Assembly: GCF_964204645.1 (NCBI RefSeq)
Contig: NC_134032.1
Span: 8,296,275 to 8,360,274, forward strand
Length of the DNA: 64,000 bases
From: Tubulanus polymorphus
Lineage: Eukaryota; Animalia; Nemertea
Direction: 5' to 3'
The position numbers and the translations under genes were made by a program. The notes under the pieces are model-generated. The model was given only the letters and a program-made list of their open reading frames with translations, was not told the origin of the DNA and ran no database searches. This document shows positions 58,871-64,000 of this stretch, one piece after another (positions within the stretch are counted from its first letter, which is position 1; the number at the start of each line of letters is the position of its first letter).

Positions 58871-59994
58871 TCAGAGTGACATTCTGGTGACGCTCTTGGT
58901 AATTGTAACCACTGGATATACACACCTATATTGTCATTAGGAGGGTAATGGGGTTGGAATTAATATGGAAGAAATTTCGTCCATTAGTCCATTAGCCGTT
59001 TGGAAATACTGGGAGAAGAAAATGAGCAAAATTTCAGTGAATTTCGCCATTCTACTTATCGAGAATTGTCCCTGAAACGAATCGAAATTCCAGTATTTTA
59101 TTCCAATTTAAAACAAGATTTGTGCAACCGAGTCCTAGGTGCCCTAAAATACCAGAGTATCTCCAGGAAGCAAACTAATTTCAAAATTCGATAAAAGGTA
59201 ACTTCCGGGAAGAAAATTTGTTCGGAATCCATCTCTTGGAAGTTTAATTCCGTTACGCCTGAAATAGAAAGCAATAAAAGATTTTAAAATTTTTTTTTGG
59301 AAGCTTGGCCGATCGCATTGGGTGTTGTCGTTCATAAGAGGTCCGTAGCGTAATATTCTCATTATTATTATCATTTTTTGTATCTTTTCATAAAAATAGT
59401 CCCTATCCTGCAGTTTGTCCTACATTTAAAATGATTCTATTCGTCAGAAAGTGGCAGCGTCAATCCGCGTAGTGTAATGGACAAAGTTCCAGACGTTTCC
59501 AATTATTTCTAACATTAATATGAACGAACGTAATCCATGAATTTGAAAATATATTTTCAACCGACACACATTATGCAGTTATCATTTAGTCAGAAGTTAT
59601 AAACTTGAATTATATATTTTTCATACAAATCATACGAAAGTATCGGACCGATGTAAGAAATGAAACCTAATCATGTTGCGACATGTCATTGTGTCAGATT
59701 ATTATTACCCTGTACCACACGGCACCAATCCCTTTTACATTCATACACTGACGGCTTTTCGCTGACCCATCTTCTACACAACACCGTGAATTCAGACACC
59801 TTGCGAAATGCGGACACGTATATGAAGCCACATATTCAGAGATAAGAACAGAACGCATGACTTGGCCGCACTATAGCTCAGTCTACTACCAACCACGACA
59901 ACCTGTGGACATGCGGCACCTGTTCGACATCCATTGTTCCTCCAACATCATGAAATTCGACTCAGCAAAATAACTTCGACGCTAAACGTAAGTA

Positions 59995-61247
59995 ATTTTT
60001 AGCCCACTTGGGACTTTAGTCGGGCTATTGCGTTCACTTTTCATCCGTCGTCCGTCCGTCATTCCGTAGACGGAATCCAGTTATTTTGGGAAGTTTTGAA
60101 GACGCTTCGAGGTAATGTCTTGATATTTGGTTTGTACGTGTATCTACCCTAGACACATCTTTAGCTCAAAAACTGGCCCTGAGTGATTCAAGATGGCCGA
60201 CTGGCAGCGATTGTTGTTCGCCAAAATCGGCACTTTTTACACATTTTCGAAGTTTTCGAGGGAAATTTTGAAGACACTTTTATCAATTACCTTGATCGTT
60301 CGAATATATTTGTATCCCAAGGGCCCATCAGCATGAGAAAAATTGGGTCGATCTGTCTCAAGATGGCTGTCCTGTGACCTTTTTTTACCCAAAAATGTCA
60401 ATTTTGGCCTGAATTCTGAGCCCTGTAGCTTCCTAATGGTTCGCCATTTTTCATTCGAATTTGTGATGGGTAGGAAAGGGATATTTTATACCCGAGATTT
60501 GGTATATGTGATCACGCAATTATGACGCAATCCTGGCAGCCATCTTGGTGTCATCAGTACTCATTCATAGGTGAAAAAAATTTTTTCCACATTATATTGA
60601 TACTTAAGCATATTTTTTACCACAATCAATTGGAAAGTTGTAGCATGACATGGTCTATAATCGCGGTGACTTTCAAGGTCATTGGTTTTTGTATGTGGCC
60701 ACCAGGGGGTGTTGAACAATGCAATAACTTAGTATTTCTATATTTTTTTCGTACCTATGACTATTTTGTTACCACAATCAATTGGAAAGTTGTAGCTCAT
60801 GACATGATCTATGAATGTGGTGAGTTTCGATGACATTAGTTATTCTATATGGTCACTAGGGGGCATTGAATAGTAGAATAACTTAGTATTTCCTTATTAT
60901 ATTGGGACCTAGGCGTATTTTGTTACCATGATCAATTGCAAAGTTGTAGCTCAGTACATGTTCTATGATTATGGTGAGTTCCAAGGACATTGGCCTTCGC
61001 ATATGGTCACCAAGGGGCTTGAATAGTAGAATAACTTAGTATTTCCATATTGCATTGGTAACTAGGCATATTTTGTTATCACAATTACAAAATTGTAGCT
61101 GCTGACATGTTCTATGATTGTGGTGAGTTTCAAGGTCATTGAATTTTTCAAGGTCATTGGATGGGGGGGCGTTAAATATTGAAATAGTTAGATTGTTGAG
61201 CATCTGAAACCACTTCCCAAGTGGACATGGTGTCCCTGGATCCCTGT
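59995..61247 (+). mobile_element. Non-autonomous Helentron-like element, copy 2 (inverted relative to copy 1)
   Basis: TTTTTTAGCCCACTTGGGA..CGTCCGTCCGTC..internal 154-bp repeats..TCCCAAGTGGAC..GTCCCTGGATCCC. It is colinear with the reverse complement of 36908-38163. Confidence 0.82.
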
Positions 61248-64000
61248 CGGTTGAATTAGAACCAGTTTCCTGACCCATTCGAAATACTGGTGTCCAGTTG
61301 AAAAAACAGTGAAATTGAAAGTTTCCTTGAAAATCTCCGATCAATAGACTGTGAAAGTTATCTCTGGAGATAAGATATGCAGAGAAGCCGTGCTTACCTG
61401 GTAATGATTCGATAAAACGTAGAGACGTATCCTAGTATGTTATAGGTAAACTAGTTTATTTAGGATACGAGCTTTTGATACTAATGCATAGTCACTTATT
61501 ACACACAATACAATGATGGACAACAATCCTTTGAGTGTTTCTACACGTGAAGCCTAGTAAACTGAGCAGTCACTTCGTTATTAGAATCAAACACAATTTG
61601 TGTTCTCTTGACTAGTATTTCCAGAACTCAACCTGGTTTACATTGTACGGTCAAGCTCAAATCTCTTTTTTGTTACAAACAAATGGTCAGTAAACTTCAT
61701 GATTTGTAGACCAATCGGCGATAACAATAAGCCTCTGGTCGAAGTTGATACTGACGTTTATGGATTACGAAATCATTGAAGATAGGCAGCTGAAAGCCAG
61801 ACAGACACAGACACATTCGATTGACTCCCGCTGCTAAACAGTGTATGATATTGCACGGAGGGTAGGGCATCTTAACCCTTCAAGGGATTCGAACTCACTA
61901 CGCTAAAGCCATTCCCCAAATCCCTTGACCTCACGAGTCGTTGGAATCGTAACTAGCCGACTAGAATCCGGTCGTACCAAATACAGCGCTTGTAATATTA
62001 GGCTCCTGTTGGAATTCTCGGACCAATCAGCGAACGTTTTACTGAACAAGAAAGTATCGATGTATGACGTCATGTGCAAAAGCGCCGGTAACGAAATCAT
62101 GCGTCGTGAGGCCAGGGGGCTGGTGGAAGCGAGTTCGGGGAGCAATACCGGGTCCCAGGCAAGCGAGGAGGGGGGTTAGGTGAATAGAACGTTGTGACGA
62201 TATCTACCATGTCGAAAATTACCCGTTTCCAATAGATCTGGCTTCAATAAAATCCCTATTTAGTGCGATCGTACGAACAACACTAATGGAAACTATGAAT
62301 AAAGTCTCCATTTTCAGCCGATAAAATCAAACAGAAATACGTAAGAAAAAATATGCTTCGGTTTCGATCCATTCACCTACTGCTCACCAGACCAGCTCGT
62401 TACCTGCTGCGCTATTGGGTCTATTCAATCGTTATTCAATTCCGGACCGATGTTAGTCTGAATCCGTGATTTACGGTTGAGTTTGACGCTCCGGTAATTT
62501 GTAGTCATTTCGGGATGTATTTTATCAATGGATGACGATTCTTTGCGTTATTCTTGTCGCTGTTTAGACCCGGTAATTACGCGGGATTAATTCATAATAC
62601 ATTACTATTGTTGTGACATAGGCATTTTAATCAATTTAACTACGTATCACTTTCTGCTAATACGCTATCTCAAGCTCGTGGGACAATTCCTGCTGGTTAG
62701 TAATTATAGAATAATTAAAAGCTTTATGTTCAAACCCGGAATTGGATAAGATAAATTTCTAGAATAAATGCACGGTACTCCCGGGGAAAAACGGAGAGGG
62801 AGAGCAACATTGGCGGCATCTACCAGAGCAGAGGCAGCGTACCAAGCAGGGTAAGGGTGATATGATATTGTCAGTTGTCATTTGTTTAAGTTTCCTGCAA
62901 TAGAACCCTTGCATCATCTTATCAACCTGAGATTAGTTGTTGGTTATGTTTGGTCTCTGGTTTCTATATCGCCGTGCAGGACAGGAGGGGAAGTGCATAC
63001 GTCACGAACAAGAACAGCGGCGCTCTCCCACAGCAATTTCGGGCTTCCCCCTCCAGGTCGCACGACACTATACACAAATTACGTCTATAAGCTATTAGTG
63101 GTCAAATCCGAGAGGAGTTTTTGGCTGGAAAGTGGAAAAGAAATAATGATAATAATCAAGAGAATTACAAGAGGGTTTCTGCGAGAGCAGCAGAAACCCT
63201 AATAATCACGAGAATAACATCTGTATCTGGCGAAAGGTAAACATTTTGATGAATGAATATTTTCTATACGTGGAACTGCAACTATTTAATAGGGAATTTG
63301 TACTCTTACTAAAAGAGTAGTCAAAGTCAATAGTAAACACAGAACTTAAAATGTCTATTGGTGTTCTGCACCACGGATGGAACGACACATCTTATTGGTA
63401 TTACTTCGAAAAACGTCACCGACGAAATTTAATCATGGATTTTTCTACATAGTTTAATAGTCAAAATGTATCTTATAATTTATCTGTAAAATACGATATT
63501 CATGTGATAGCCGGCATGAGTAGAGATATGTTGTTTGTCTTGCCTTAGGCAAGGCATTCAAATCCACATTTGTTACTGGACAGACGTAGAACCTTGTATC
63601 GCTGAAGTGCAGATCAGGAACTACAATCTCCACAGGGAGATTAAGATGAAAGTCTATGCTAGTTAAGGTCCGGGGTAATAATAATCTTCGTGGAGCGCCT
63701 ATGAACATGGTCGTCGTCGTCGTTGGAGTTATCATCATAGTCTGGATAGTTTATTGTTAATTTTGCAGTCTGTCACAGTTTGGATCACATCTTCTCAGAT
63801 CTCAGATCATTACTCGTGTTTATTATCTAATAAACACTTAGTCAGGGAGAGAGTTGTAATTAGTCAGATAGACCGTATAAGTCTTGAGGCTTGATCACAA
63901 CCGATCACAACCGATAAGGGCAAACCCTTAAAGAATCAATATTCACTGCGCATCGCATCGAAAGATAGTAAATGTAGTTACGTTCTCCTCAAAACAGGAT

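Noticed and set aside
59698-59990. Possible exon ending in GTAAGT
   Set aside because: The frames I translated contain stops and I found no partner exons.
61438-62199. Possible solo LTR with CCAAT and CRE motifs
   Set aside because: The termini are imperfect, and there is no target-site duplication or second copy in the window.
63454-63738. 94-aa minus-strand ORF
   Set aside because: It has no recognisable motif or splice context.

Overview
This is AT-rich animal genomic DNA with introns, probably from a marine invertebrate (inferred from gene content, intron sizes and repeat types). Coding exons are strikingly CpG-rich against CpG-poor introns. I hand-spliced six protein genes. (1) ZC2HC1A, minus strand, from 10448 running off the left edge. 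(2) An unnamed plus-strand gene (11647-23849) whose two shared exons end in phase 1 and can join in frame to three unrelated terminal modules, plus a decayed fourth. This lola/mod(mdg4)-like layout, with no recognisable BTB domain, is the best candidate for an undescribed system. (3) DRC1, 17 exons, 768 aa. (4) An intronless DHHC palmitoyltransferase, minus strand. (5) A PRDM10/15-type PR/SET protein with 23 zinc fingers, 1499 aa. (6) A 7-exon secreted ependymin-related-like gene that the ORF track misses, lying between two inverted arms of a foldback-like repeat. The rest is dense in MITEs (Tc1/pogo-, Harbinger-, piggyBac- and hAT-type), two Helentron-like (HINE) copies carrying arrays of CTCF-like motifs, SINE and LINE fragments, and tandem repeats seeded at exon 3' ends. 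All coordinates and homology calls were made by eye, without any database search.
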